DNA of 64,000 bases from Paramoeba atlantica (GCA_977017575.1 CDRNVI010000016.1:124001-188000), one strand, 5' to 3'; shown: positions 10,594 to 21,266, numbered from the stretch's first letter. The notes: generated from the letters alone by a model not told the origin. A program made the numbers and translations.

Positions 10594-10962
10594 TCAGCCC
10601 CCCACACCCCGCAGCCTCCGAACCCACGTTCCGTGGGCCCACATCGGCTCGATTCCCCGATGAATGATATCGACATGTGGGTGTTGCGGGTCGACTCGAA
10701 GAATCGCCCGCGTGAGTTCCTGCCTCTGTTTCTTTCGTGGTGGGCAATCCATGTCGCAAAGGTCCGGGGGTTTGGACTTCCGATTCTTGGGGCGCTGTCG
10801 TGTTAAATGTTGATGTGATGGGAGCACCCGTTCTTTTTTGCTCTGTCCCTCGGGCCTTACTACGCGTATTTCCGTGCTCACATACTGAGCACCGTTCCAT
10901 ACAAATTTCGGACAAGAAATATTTAAAGAGCCTGGTAAGTTTGTTCGCCGTCTCTTCGACAT
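10594..10962 (-). pseudogene. N-terminal stub of the tyrosine recombinase ORF of element B
   Basis: NLPG, FVWNGAQYV and PMWAHGTW align to element A (NLPG, YVWNGVRYV, PMWANATW). It then fuses directly to the 3' subterminal block. Confidence 0.7.
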
Positions 10963-10998
10963 GCAAACACGAGTAGATTTTGGGGTGGGGAGCGCCTC

Positions 10999-11963
10999 CT
11001 AGAAGGCCGCTCGTCTTTCGCCGCGGCGGTTCATCTGCTGGCCTACCGCGGAGCCACTCGCCACCCCCCGGGAGAAAACCGGTTGGCGCAGCTGGGGACA
11101 GTTTGCCCGTACATGCCCGGGGGCGCCGCAATTAAAACATGGCGGCGGCTGCCCCTGACGACGATTAATACGCGTCTGTTTAAGCTGCTCCTCCAGCATG
11201 ACCTTCCCATAGGCGTCCTCGGGCGTAGATACTTGATGTTGCGATTTCGTAGAAATAACCTGTAGTCCAGTCTTGTAACTGACGAGCTGCGTAGATCCAC
11301 TTGACTAGAAGTTGAAACAATCGCTCTCGCATCGGTGGCGGATTAAATCGAATTCCAAGCTCCGGGGTGTCCCGTAACTCCCGGACCATTTCGCGCGGCT
11401 TGAACTCATCGTCTGCTTCGATCCAAGGACCCCACGTCTTGGGGATAACCGGTGAGAAATCTTTGGGGTCCGACGCCGGTACGCGTGCTAGGGAATTCAC
11501 AGGGTTCTCGACATGCTCTCCACCAGGCATCCTAGCCTGGACCTTTGCGATTTCAATTGAGAAATAATGTATGTCTGGAAAGGGGAACCCATAGGCCATG
11601 TCTGGCTCGTCATCCCAACGAGCCTTCAACTCACTACTGACAGGGTCATCCGGATCTAGGAAGTATACGCGCCCAGTGACAGTATGCCGCGCGCCGTCAT
11701 CTTTGTGTCCCCAGACGGCGCGAATCCAGACACGGTGGCCCCGAGTCAGTAAATCGAACCTTCTGTGCAAACTCGGACTTCGCAGAATCACTTAGTGGGG
11801 TGCCTATGTCTTCGCCCTGCAAAATATTCTCAACTTGGTCAGGGTTGAGAGTATGGCGGGTCGCGCGAGGAGAACCACGAGGGGATTCAGGTGCTACAGG
11901 ATCAGGGCTACGTGCGCGTCCTAGAGATATAGCTCGAGACACTGCGCTCACGATCCGCGACAT
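10999..11963 (-). pseudogene. gag-like ORF1 of element B with CCHC knuckle (frameshifts and an internal deletion)
   Basis: MSRIVSAVSRAIS is homologous to MSGIVQAVTRAIS of element A; CFNCGAPGHVRANCP present. Confidence 0.75.
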
Positions 11964-13890
11964 AGTAACTCGAAACTCGTAGTACAGCTACTAAAAGGAA
12001 ATAAAGTCTACTAAATATGTTGATGTTTGAAAGTCATAAACTGAAGAATATGAGAAAGAAGAAACTAATAATACATGTGCCCCGAAGGGCCAAATTATAA
12101 GTTCATATATTTATGTGCCCCGAAGGGCCAGGTTATTAAACGTAAATAGCCCTCGCCTAAATTTCATCTCGTAAACTATTACACCTCGCCCAATTGGGGC
12201 CACATGATGGCTAGGTCAGGGCCAGAGCGAATTCGACGAGCTTTGCACGGATGATGTTCTGCTGCTTCAGCAGAGATTGTGCATTTACACTTGGTGCAAA
12301 AGTACGAAGAATGAATGCGCGGTTCAGTTACACAAGGCAAACCCGCTTTGGAACACATCTCGGCCCGGTATCGGAGAATGTGTGAGTGCTTCCGCGTGCA
12401 GTTCATGCCGGAGCAACGGGAACAACCTGCGACATGCGGAATGATGCTGGACGGTGATTCTTGACTACAACAACAAGGGCAAGTAACTTTTGCCGGGGCT
12501 TTGGGTAGACCGATTCCTAATCGCATCATAAGCGTGTACCGAAAGAGGTATGGATTGACGTAGTTGCTTGTGCTTTCGAGGTGGAAGTTGGCCTCCCTCG
12601 TGCGTTTCAAGATGTGTTCTAGTTGGGGATTTTTCTGTAGTTGTGCGATGTGTTTGTCGTGTTCAGCGCTTAGTCGCTTTTTCAGTAACTTCTGGGCGAT
12701 TTCTCCGCTTTGAACTTTCACTTGGGCTTTGTTTCCGCCCGTTAAATCTACCGGAGCGTAAGTGGGTTTAATGTGCTCTTCAATAGATGTTTGGGCAGAC
12801 TCAAAGAAGTACTGCTGCTTCAGAGTCGAGGAAATCAGTCCTAAGCCACCGAGTTTTTGTGGAAGTGCTGCGAGTTTGAGTGCTTGTTCGTCGGCGCCAC
12901 ACCATTTTTCTAAAACTTTATGAACCTGTTTTTCAAAAGATTGTGCAAGTCGAAGGGTAGCATTTGATCAATGGACTCTCAGATGATAATCTTGTCGCGG
13001 GATTGTGCATCTACGTAGAATGGCGAGAGAAAGGTTGCTTGGACCCATGAGCAAAAGGCGACGAAAGAGGCATTTGTGTTTTCCCATTTTCTTTAGAAGT
13101 AGATCCTCCACAATCTCATCCCCGCCGATGTATGCTCCTAAAATCTTTATTGCATCGGTGCGGAAATACACTCCTAGTTGTTCCAAAGGCAGGGGTACGT
13201 CGGCACTCGGGGTATCTTTTTGGAACCATTCGCACTTTTGAAACTTGACGTGCAGGTTGAAGTCGCCGGTGAATTCGTGTAAGTGCAGGAATGCAGCCTC
13301 TAGTGCTTGCACATTTTTTGAACTCAGGGTCACATCATCTTGGTATGCTCGAATCTTGACGTCAGGGTACAGACTTGCGACTTCTCGTAGTGGGGCTTGT
13401 AAAAGCGCGCAGAAGTACATAGAAGATAGGGCAGAGCCCTGACGAATGCCAGAGGTGCTTTCGATTGTTGCGAAAAGGGAGTTGTGCGCGAAAAAGATTA
13501 ACTCTGACGGAAGCCCATATTCGAAGTAGAATAGACGCATGAAGGGTTTGAATATGGGGTTTTCTATCAGGGCCTGTGCAATGGCATCGCGTCGTGGCGT
13601 ATTGTACGCGTTGCTGAAATCTACCGTGAGCACTGCGTGTCCATCTTCGTATTCCTGCAGCAGCTCATGAATTATTGACTCGCAGGCATTCTTACAAAGA
13701 ACTCCTCGTTGGATTGGCGCGAAGAAACCCTTCAGTGCAGATTCATGCCGCTGGAGTAGTATCGACCCACAAATTTTTAGGATGGTATCCCCATGGCAAC
13801 TGGGCGTATCCCATTCTGTGGTTTCGGAAGGGCAATTATTCGGCAACGAGTGAGGCGTTTCCGAACACTTAGAGGAACTTCACCGTTGAG

Positions 13891-14199
13891 GCGTTCTCGA
13901 GTCATCCATGTGGCGTTGCTCCACAGCTTCTCCAAAGCTTTCTGCGTAGTCTGTCTGGTTATTCTCATTATTCCCATTACAAACAGTCTTTCCTCGTGGC
14001 ATGATCTTGGTCGGAAACTTGGCATCACACTTGTTTTTGGATGGGTATGGATATTTTGTTTCCTGGCTGTCGAGCTGACTGCTGGACTCGCAGCTGGTAC
14101 GATGTTTTTTAAAGGAGTCCCCAGGCGGGTGTGGCGCTTGGGTAACAAAACTAACATTCTTTTCGACACTATCACGTTTTTTGTCTTTTGGGATAAAAC
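13891..14199 (-). mobile_element. fragment of another YR retroelement (element F) fused in frame to CRE2
   Basis: KALEKLWSNATWMTRER matches the YR N-terminal motif WANATWCTRER and joins directly to CRE LNGEV. Confidence 0.55.
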
Positions 14200-15322
14200 C
14201 AGGGTTCGCGGAAACTTTAAAACTTTCAAGAAAGTACTTTGAAGTTACTTTATTTTTTTTCTAAAAACTTTCAAAAACTTTTTTTTCTTCGTATACTTTA
14301 AAATCGCGAAAATTTCTTTCATCATGATTTTGATTCGTCTGTATTCATTACAGTTCATTATTAGGACTCTATACAATACAAGATACTTTTTTTTTCCGAT
14401 GGAAAAGCTCACCCGGGGCACTTTTTGTAAAGATTTCTTTACTCAAGTACCTAATGCAGAGGGCGACAAGCAGATGGTGGAGTGCAAATTGTGTCCTGAG
14501 AATGGCAAAAAACGTTTTTTGACGGCAAGAGGTCTGCAGACCGATTACATATCGGCAGAAAGGCATCTTCGAAAACACGATAAAAGTTATGATGCGTGGT
14601 GCACGGAGCAAAGGGAGAAATATCGCCGAGAAAATCCAACGTTGCACGTAAGTTCCCAAACCGCGACGCCTGAGCACCACAAGGATGTTATAATCTGGAA
14701 ATCGGAATGTGGCATTCCAACCTCGGCCCTTGAGCACCCAATATTTCGCCACAAAATTGTACGTGGAATGTGCCCCACCCCACCTCGAAGAGAAAAGCTT
14801 AACGAACTTACCATTGAGTACGCCAAGCAACTGCGTACCAAAACGTGCATTGACTTTGGATTTAAATTTTCGGATGTAAGTGTATGTATGGATACATCCA
14901 CTATTCACCACCGCACGACATGTGCCGTGACACTCGTACACAAAGGAATCTCGTTGTGTTAGGCTATCAAGCCTATTTCATCAACTGACGCCACCGCATT
15001 CAAGCTTCTGCTTGAGGAAACAGTCGATGAACTTCGATCTGAGCGCATCTTTGCTGTTCACGTCGTGTCAGACGCGGGAACAGGAATAAAAAAGGGGTTG
15101 ATGGTGACTGCCAATGAAAACGGAATTGCGTATACTGTGTGTTTTGTGCATTCACTTCAACTCTGCATGGGGAACATCATGAGCATAGAGGATACAAGTG
15201 CTATTCTAGAGCTCGGGAAAACCTATGAAAAGTGGCGAGCCCCTTGTCCAACACGTTGGTGGTCTACTTTGGACACTGTGGAACGTGCTCTTAGTGATCC
15301 TGCATGGGAATCATCAGCCTGA
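14200..15322 (+). mobile_element. hAT DNA transposon, left TIR plus truncated transposase pseudogene
   Basis: Left end CAGGGTTCGCGGAAACTTTAAAAC at 14200. ATG at 14399; BED finger (CKLC...HLRKH), VCMD, VVSDAG, CFVH (CxxH), PTRWWST. In-frame TAG at 14960-14962. No right end found. Confidence 0.82.
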
Positions 15323-15354
15323 TCATGGGAATCAGCTCGTTTGACTGTCTTTTT

Positions 15355-16275
15355 GGTGAAATTAAAGCAAAATTCGCCTTTTTTGAAAAAAAAAGGAAAG
15401 TCGTCCCCACTAAAAATAATTGTATCTTTTTTTGTATCGTATCACGTATTTCCACTTTTTCCTTTATTTTTCAGATTCATTTTTTAGATTCAGACTCCTC
15501 AACTCCAACACATGCCCTGTAAAGGATGCAACGGTTTCGCTTGCCGAGGAAATCTCACTTTGAGCAAAGTTTCTGTGTGGAGCGAATCGAAATGCAGGGA
15601 GTGGTTAAGAACCCATAAGTTGGTGGCTCAGAAGGTTGTATGTTATAAAAGACTACACAAGGCGCCCTATACTATGCACGTCACTGACGGGAAATGGAGG
15701 TGTACTAAAAAATGCAAAGGAATGTACGCCACCTTAGGACCTCTCGTACCTGGAAGGGCACAAAGAAGTGCAAAGCAAACATTAAAGTACATAATTTTGT
15801 ACGCTCGTGGTGGACGACATGCGGATTCGGCAGCGGAGACAGAACTTAGTCAGCAGACCATTGTGTCTCTAAGGCAATGGATGGATGGCATGATGAATAG
15901 CGTGAACCACCGCCGAGAATGGATAACAGAAGAGGGTGTCCACACGAACACTGTGGAGTGAGCGAATTCGGTGGCGAAGAAGAGACTTAATCGAGAAGGA
16001 AACGTATTAGGAAGGAAAAAGGATAAACGGGCAGATCGTGTGCAAGCCAATGCTGAAAAATGCAACGGCAGCCTACGGTACAATGGCGGCGATGTAATGC
16101 TGCGCATCCTACAGAATCTACAAGATCATTGTCATTGTATTCATTTATAAGTCTTGTCCAAGTATTTAAGTAGAAAACTAGAAGCGGAAAGTGTTGATTT
16201 CATTGCACAAAATTTTTGAAAACCGCAAAAAAAAAACTTTTTTTAAAAAAAGGCGAATTTTGCTTTAATTTAACC
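15355..16275 (+). mobile_element. Merlin (IS1595/ISXO2-related) DNA transposon, internally deleted
   Basis: TIRs GGTGAAATTAAAGCAAAATTCGCCTTTTTT / AAAAAAGGCGAATTTTGCTTTAATTTAACC with a perfect 8-bp TSD GTCTTTTT (15347-15354, 16276-16283). ORF 15512-15961 has a Zn-ribbon-like N-terminus (DGKWRCTKKC) and the ISXO2 C-terminal motif VNH...GVHTNTVE; the DDE core is missing. Confidence 0.88.
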
Positions 16276-16722
16276 GTCTTTTTCCCCGGGGGCGGACTTC
16301 TTTGAGTCAACTTCATTGGCCATATCCCCGCCCTTGAAAACCCGCACGGGATGGACTTCCACCACTTGCTGGAACGCAACCGCCCCGGGATACTCCACGA
16401 TAAGATCCTCGATATCCGCCGCGGTTTCGCATGCGTCCGCGTGCTCCGTACGAGATACTTTGACGGATGGCATTACCTAAAGTGTCGTCGCTTCGTTGAT
16501 TTTCGTATCGTGTACTGACATACTAGTAGTTCGAATCAGCTCCGCGCTGAACTCCTTGCGTGATACGTAATTTGTCTAATAGTTTTCGTCCGATATTTAC
16601 TTGATGAAGATCATCAACATCAACGCCTCCACGTCGGGCAGCCTCCCGCATCCACTCTCGAAGTAAATTCCAGAGAAACAATACAGAGGGGCTGCGTGTA
16701 GAGGGGCTGCGGGTGTGCATCA

Positions 16723-16821
16723 CCGAACCCGCGCCGAACCCGCGCCGAACCCGCGCCGAACCCGCGCCGAACCCGCGCCGAACCCGCGCCGAACCTGCGC
16801 CGAACCCGCACCGAACTCGCG
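16723..16821. repeat. 11-bp tandem repeat (CCGAACCCGCG) x9
   Basis: Directly visible; the last three units are degenerate. Confidence 0.95.
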
Positions 16822-17126
16822 CTTCGCATTTGGGGTCAGAATGAACCATTTTCCAGTTTTTTAGCATATGGAATCCCGTTGAAGAAAATGCTGATACAGT
16901 CCTTTCTTGAGCATTGACTTCTGATATTTTGTACTTAAACAACTTTTCCTTTCGTCTGAGGTCAGTATCAGTAATAATTAGTTTCTGTCTTCCCATCACC
17001 GAACAATCTGCAAGTCATCCAGTGCCTTGCACGCAAAGTGAAGATCCAATAGTAGAAGAAATTCTTTGTGAGTTATCTCATACTCTTTTCCTAGAAGTAG
17101 CTTATAATAATAATGCATATTAAGCT

Positions 17127-17229
17127 GCACATTGCTAATGCATACATATAGCACATTTATAATGCATATAGCACATTGCTAATGCATACATATAGCACAC
17201 TTATAATGCATGTAGCACATTTATAATGC
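17127..17229. repeat. GCACATT(GCT/TAT)AATGCATA tandem repeat
   Basis: Repeated units; an inverted copy lies at about 17583-17617. Confidence 0.75.
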
Positions 17230-17324
17230 TATCACAATAGTGAATTTCTTGGACACCTCAACTTAATTTTTTTGCAGCATTCACCGGTTTATGTAGCAGA
17301 CGGGTAAGCAAGGTCTGGGTTCAT

Positions 17325-17495
17325 TGGCCCGGCGGGCCCCTCCGTGCGTTCGGCCTCTCATATTCCCCAAAACTACTACCACCTTCCCCCCATTTATCAC
17401 GGGTCGCTCACGCGACACCCGCTAAATAGGGGGGGAAGGTGGTAGTTGTGGGGTATGGAGACCTCTCGCAACTCCGGGGCCTCACCGGGAGCAAA
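17325..17495. repeat. imperfect palindrome / foldback core
   Basis: 17-bp perfect arms at 17375-17391 and 17430-17446, an inner GGGTCGC/GCGAC-CC stem and weaker outer pairing. Confidence 0.75.
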
Positions 17496-18010
17496 GGTGA
17501 AACCCATTTGCGTCCCTGACTAAATGCATTTTTCGGTTACTTCGCCTGTTGGAAGGTGTTTTGTGCAATATAATTTTGTGCATCATAAATGTGCTATATG
17601 CATTATAAATGTGCTGATGGGCCCTCCTGGGCTCCCTCCCTGGACCCCCCCCTGGACCCCCCAGGGTCCAGGGGGAGAGGAGAAAGGGATTGGTCGGGCG
17701 GGTTGGGAAGGTGGGGGGGTGAGGAGGATTGAAGACGATGTTTACTTTGATGGGGAAATGGGGGTAGAAGAGAACAGGGTTGACTACCGAAATGGGGTAA
17801 CGGAAGGTTACCGTGATTAGGTGGGGAGATAGATGAAGGGGGTTGGTCGGCAGATTGGCTGTTCTCGTATGAGGAGGGTGATCGGAGGGGAAAACTTCGA
17901 TCAGGGAGAACTTCGATCAGTTCGCGAGAGAGTTGAAGGGGGTTGAGGAGGATGGTTGTGTACCATGCCTGCCCGTGGTCTGCTCCTTCCTCGGAGTGCC
18001 ATCAAGTATA

Positions 18011-19026
18011 CAGGGGGGTAAATCAGATGCTGCAGGGGTCTAAAAATTGCAAAACCTTTCCAATTTTGGAAAATGATAGCGCATTCGAGAGCTCTCGCAG
18101 AGTTCTATGTTTTAGAAAAGACAGTTTCCCGGGGTATAGGGGGGTGTTCAACTGACAAGAAGCCCAAAAACATCAAAATGCAAAAATTGTGAGAAAGGTT
18201 TTAGACGACTAATAATTACAACTTTCTCCTTTTTTTTCTACTACTATGTCGAAACGCCGCGGCGTGCTGTTTAAAGTGTTAATGAGCATGTCAAGACCAT
18301 CTGTTTTAATGTAATCAACCGCTCTTTCAATAGAAAACAAGAGTTCAATCCTATTTTCTGGATTTGTACCATTTTTAATAAAGGCATCCATAATTTCCCA
18401 AATGTTTTCAATGGGGTTAAGTTTGGGGGAAAGTCCGAAACAACGACTTCGTTTTCTTTAAAGGTTCTAAAACTGCCATTGTGACAAGGAGCATTATCCA
18501 TAGCAACCCGGGCCCCGCTATGACGCTTTAAGAAACTTAAACCACAGTGCGTTCGCGAGGGGGTGTGGAACGTTCAACGTCCCCAGTTTCCTCAAAGCGT
18601 TTCACCCACAACTTGACAGTGCTGTGGTGGACGCCTTCTCTTCGGCAAGTGGCACTATAGGAATTTGTATTCTCGTAATCTTTTACAAGAAGCATCCTAT
18701 GTGAATATTTGGTGTGCCCAGGGGGGGAGTATGCCCTATCGGAGAGAGATCCTTTGTTCTGCATAGAACAGGATCACTTTCGCGGCATAAAACTGAGACG
18801 AAATGGAGAAAAAACGAAAAAATGAGCAAATTTGGGAAAAACTGCAAATTTTAGAGGAGCAAAAAAACTTTAAAAAAAATGCCATAAACAAAATTGCTTT
18901 CTTTTGGGGTGAAAATAGCGCTAAAACATAGAACTCTGCGAGAGCTCTCGAATGCGCTATCATTTTCCAAAATTGAAAGGGTTTTGCAATTTTTAGACCC
19001 CCCGCAGCATCTGATTTACCCCCCTG
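18011..19026 (-). mobile_element. Tc1/mariner element, internally deleted (1016 bp)
   Basis: ~110-bp TIRs starting CAGGGGGGTAAATCAGATGCTGC, flanked by TA on both sides. Minus-strand remnants: HTH region (VHHSTVKLWVKRFEETGDV), MDNAPCH, FPP, and C-terminus (PRRFDIVVEKKG). Confidence 0.9.
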
Positions 19027-19223
19027 TATATAGCTTGCGAATATTAAAAACACAACTAAACGTAATGGGCAGAAAACAAAAAAAATGAAAGAAATTAAGA
19101 AAAATCAAGAAAAAAATCCGGCGGCGTTTCGCGCCGCAGGCAGCCCGAAGCTCCGACAAAAAGGACTCTTAAGTAGGGGGGTACCCCGCGGACTCTTAAG
19201 TAGGGGGGGGGGCAGTAATTACC

Positions 19224-19288
19224 CACATGCAGGTAAATGCGGGTAATTTACCCGTTTTAGTTACCCGTTTACCCGCATTTACCCGCCA
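19224..19288. repeat. cluster of TTACCCG / CGGGTAA motifs, possibly transposon subterminal repeats
   Basis: About seven copies in both orientations. Confidence 0.5.
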
Positions 19289-20476
19289 TTCTTCAATTGT
19301 TGCTCTTCTTGTCGCTTGAGTCAATCGACAATGGATGTTTGACGTGTGTTAAACTGAGCAGCTCACGTCCTGTGGAACCTTAGAGCACATATAATAACGC
19401 GTTAAAGTAATGTAAATTAGTATATGTAATTAGTATACTTTAATACCTGTCTAACAGTGAACTAAAAGTTTTGTTTGTTCATACAGGGTAGTACCTGTAG
19501 AGATAATTAGGTCGAGCAGGGGTAAGCGCAATCAACGCTCCCTGCTGGACCTTTTCGCCTTCCGAGGCAACACAGGGAAAAGCGCGGGATATCCTCCCCA
19601 GGAAAGCGAAAAGAGACGGCCTCATCGGGATAAGATGTCCCGAGATGTTTCGTAAGCGCAGTGCGCCAGGAAAGATATACGGATTTGTGGGACGCGGATG
19701 ATATTCCCATCGTACATGCTACAAATGACTTCCATGGTTCATGATACAACATGGTCAGGGCCATGGATGCATGCTGGCAAATGGAGTCATGGTTCATGAT
19801 GCATCATGGGCATCGGGGTCCCACAGAATCCGCCACGGCTGGTGAGCAAGAGAGGTGCATAGAACATCCTCTAGAACACGCATACAACGTGTTTGCTCGC
19901 CGTGTGGGAGACTTCCGGTATATGGAAGCCTCCTACGCGCAGAAGTACCGGTGTCGCCGGATAGTGAAGGCACGCCGCGTGGTCCCGTAGTAGGGTCCTG
20001 CAGCACATGGGGACTCGGAACCGTGTTCCGAGCGGGGTGGTGGGAGATGAGGGAAGGGAGGCGCACCCCTACTTTGCGACAAGAGGGACAGTTCCTCTCC
20101 TAGCGCCATCCGGAAACGGGCATTGACATTGTAAAAATATGCCCGTTTCCGGGAGAGAAAAGGTGAGCTAGGAAAAAAAGTACAAGGTACAGAACTACTA
20201 GTACTTAAGAGCATAGTTCGGCAATCGCAGAAAATCCCGAAGATTGCTACTATGAATATTTTAGCGCACGTAAATTTTAATAATGTATGATCATATCACG
20301 CTACTCCACCTGTCATTAACAATGATAATGATAATCCTCAAGAGTGATATTTTTTTTGAGATTATTATTATCATTATTAATGACCTAGTGTAGCTTCTGT
20401 CTCCCGCATCCCGCTTGGAAGAAGGTCGTCCCCAAAGTTAAAGTAGGAAAGTAATTAGGAAAGTAATACAAATAAT

Positions 20477-20680
20477 AATAGGGGAAACGATTTTGGAAAA
20501 ATATTTTTTTTTTGCCATTTTTTTCGCCAAGTTGAAATTTTTTTCCGAAAAAATCCGAACTTGGCGGACCCGTCCTGCGGATACGCGGGGGAGTCACCCC
20601 CGGGTATGGGGGTGGAAAATGCGCGCCAAGACCCCGGCTACCCCTTCTGCGGTTTTCTTTTGAAAAATTATTTTTTCGAA
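20477..20680. repeat. dispersed repeat, copy 2
   Basis: Near-identical to 8706-8920. Confidence 0.85.
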
Positions 20681-21266
20681 TCCTGGACCCCCCCCCCCTG
20701 GACGCAGCGGGAGGAGGCGGCGCAACAGAGGGCGGCAGAGGTGAGTTTTTTTCTTACACTGTGACTCTGGGAGAGGAAAAATCCCAGGTGCTACACCTGT
20801 TTCTTTCGCCTTGCGCGCGTGAACACTTTGGGGTACATTCAATGTCAGACGTTTCTTTCGGCAAAGTTGTTTCATCGATTCTCTGATGCGGGGTTTCTTG
20901 TTCGTCGTACCTTGTTTTTATTAACTCAACTGATTTGACCCCGTTCGCTAGCTTGTAGAGGAAAGGAGTTTTGTGGGATTATTTACTTTCGTTCTATGAC
21001 CGGTCATACATTATTCATTGAGTTTATAAGTTATCAGATAGGAGAGGGGAATTAAGACTGCCTTGTTTGGTGCCTTTCTTTATTACTTACAATGATGAAC
21101 AATTCCATACTATGACACCCAATTATACTTACCCCGTAGAATCCCTTTGTACATTGTCCCTCGTTTGCCCCTTATTCAAGCGCAAAGCGTTCTTTCCTCT
21201 CAGTTGTTTCTTCTCCTGCTATGTATCACTTCTAGAAATGCGAATTCCAAGAAATGCTTTATTTAT

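Larger units (their letters stand above)
10386..12181 (-). mobile_element. internally deleted VIPER-like YR retroelement with both termini (element B, 1796 bp)
   Basis: Starts TAATAGTTTACGAGATGAAATTTAGGCGAGGG and ends GCCTCGCCGTGGATTTC. Removing it restores the CRE2 frame (GAG GTG|CTC TAT GAT) with no TSD. Confidence 0.88.
10044..13890 (-). mobile_element. CRE-clade non-LTR retrotransposon (CRE2), degenerate and split by element B
   Basis: Collinear with CRE1 from LNGEV (13890) through AYQDD to PDLAIMWPQLGEV (12182), then resumes LYDFTVV...WMGGLRL* (10385-10044). One frameshift near 13790 and one in-frame TGA at 12968-12970. Confidence 0.9.

Noticed and set aside
10570-10601. Hairpin followed by CTAG read as a Helitron 3' end
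   Set aside because: Homology with element C continues ~190 nt further to the shared GGATTTC terminus, and no Rep/helicase is present.
13793-14242. 149-aa plus-strand ORF and similar antisense ORFs over TE coding regions
   Set aside because: Shadow frames of the minus-strand CRE/YR sequence with no independent coding signal.
16723-16821. Regular repeat as a CRISPR array
   Set aside because: Head-to-tail 11-mers with no spacers, eukaryotic context and no cas genes.
19224-19288. TTACCC motifs as interstitial telomeric repeats
   Set aside because: The unit is TTACCCG in mixed orientation, not tandem TTAGGG/CCCTAA.
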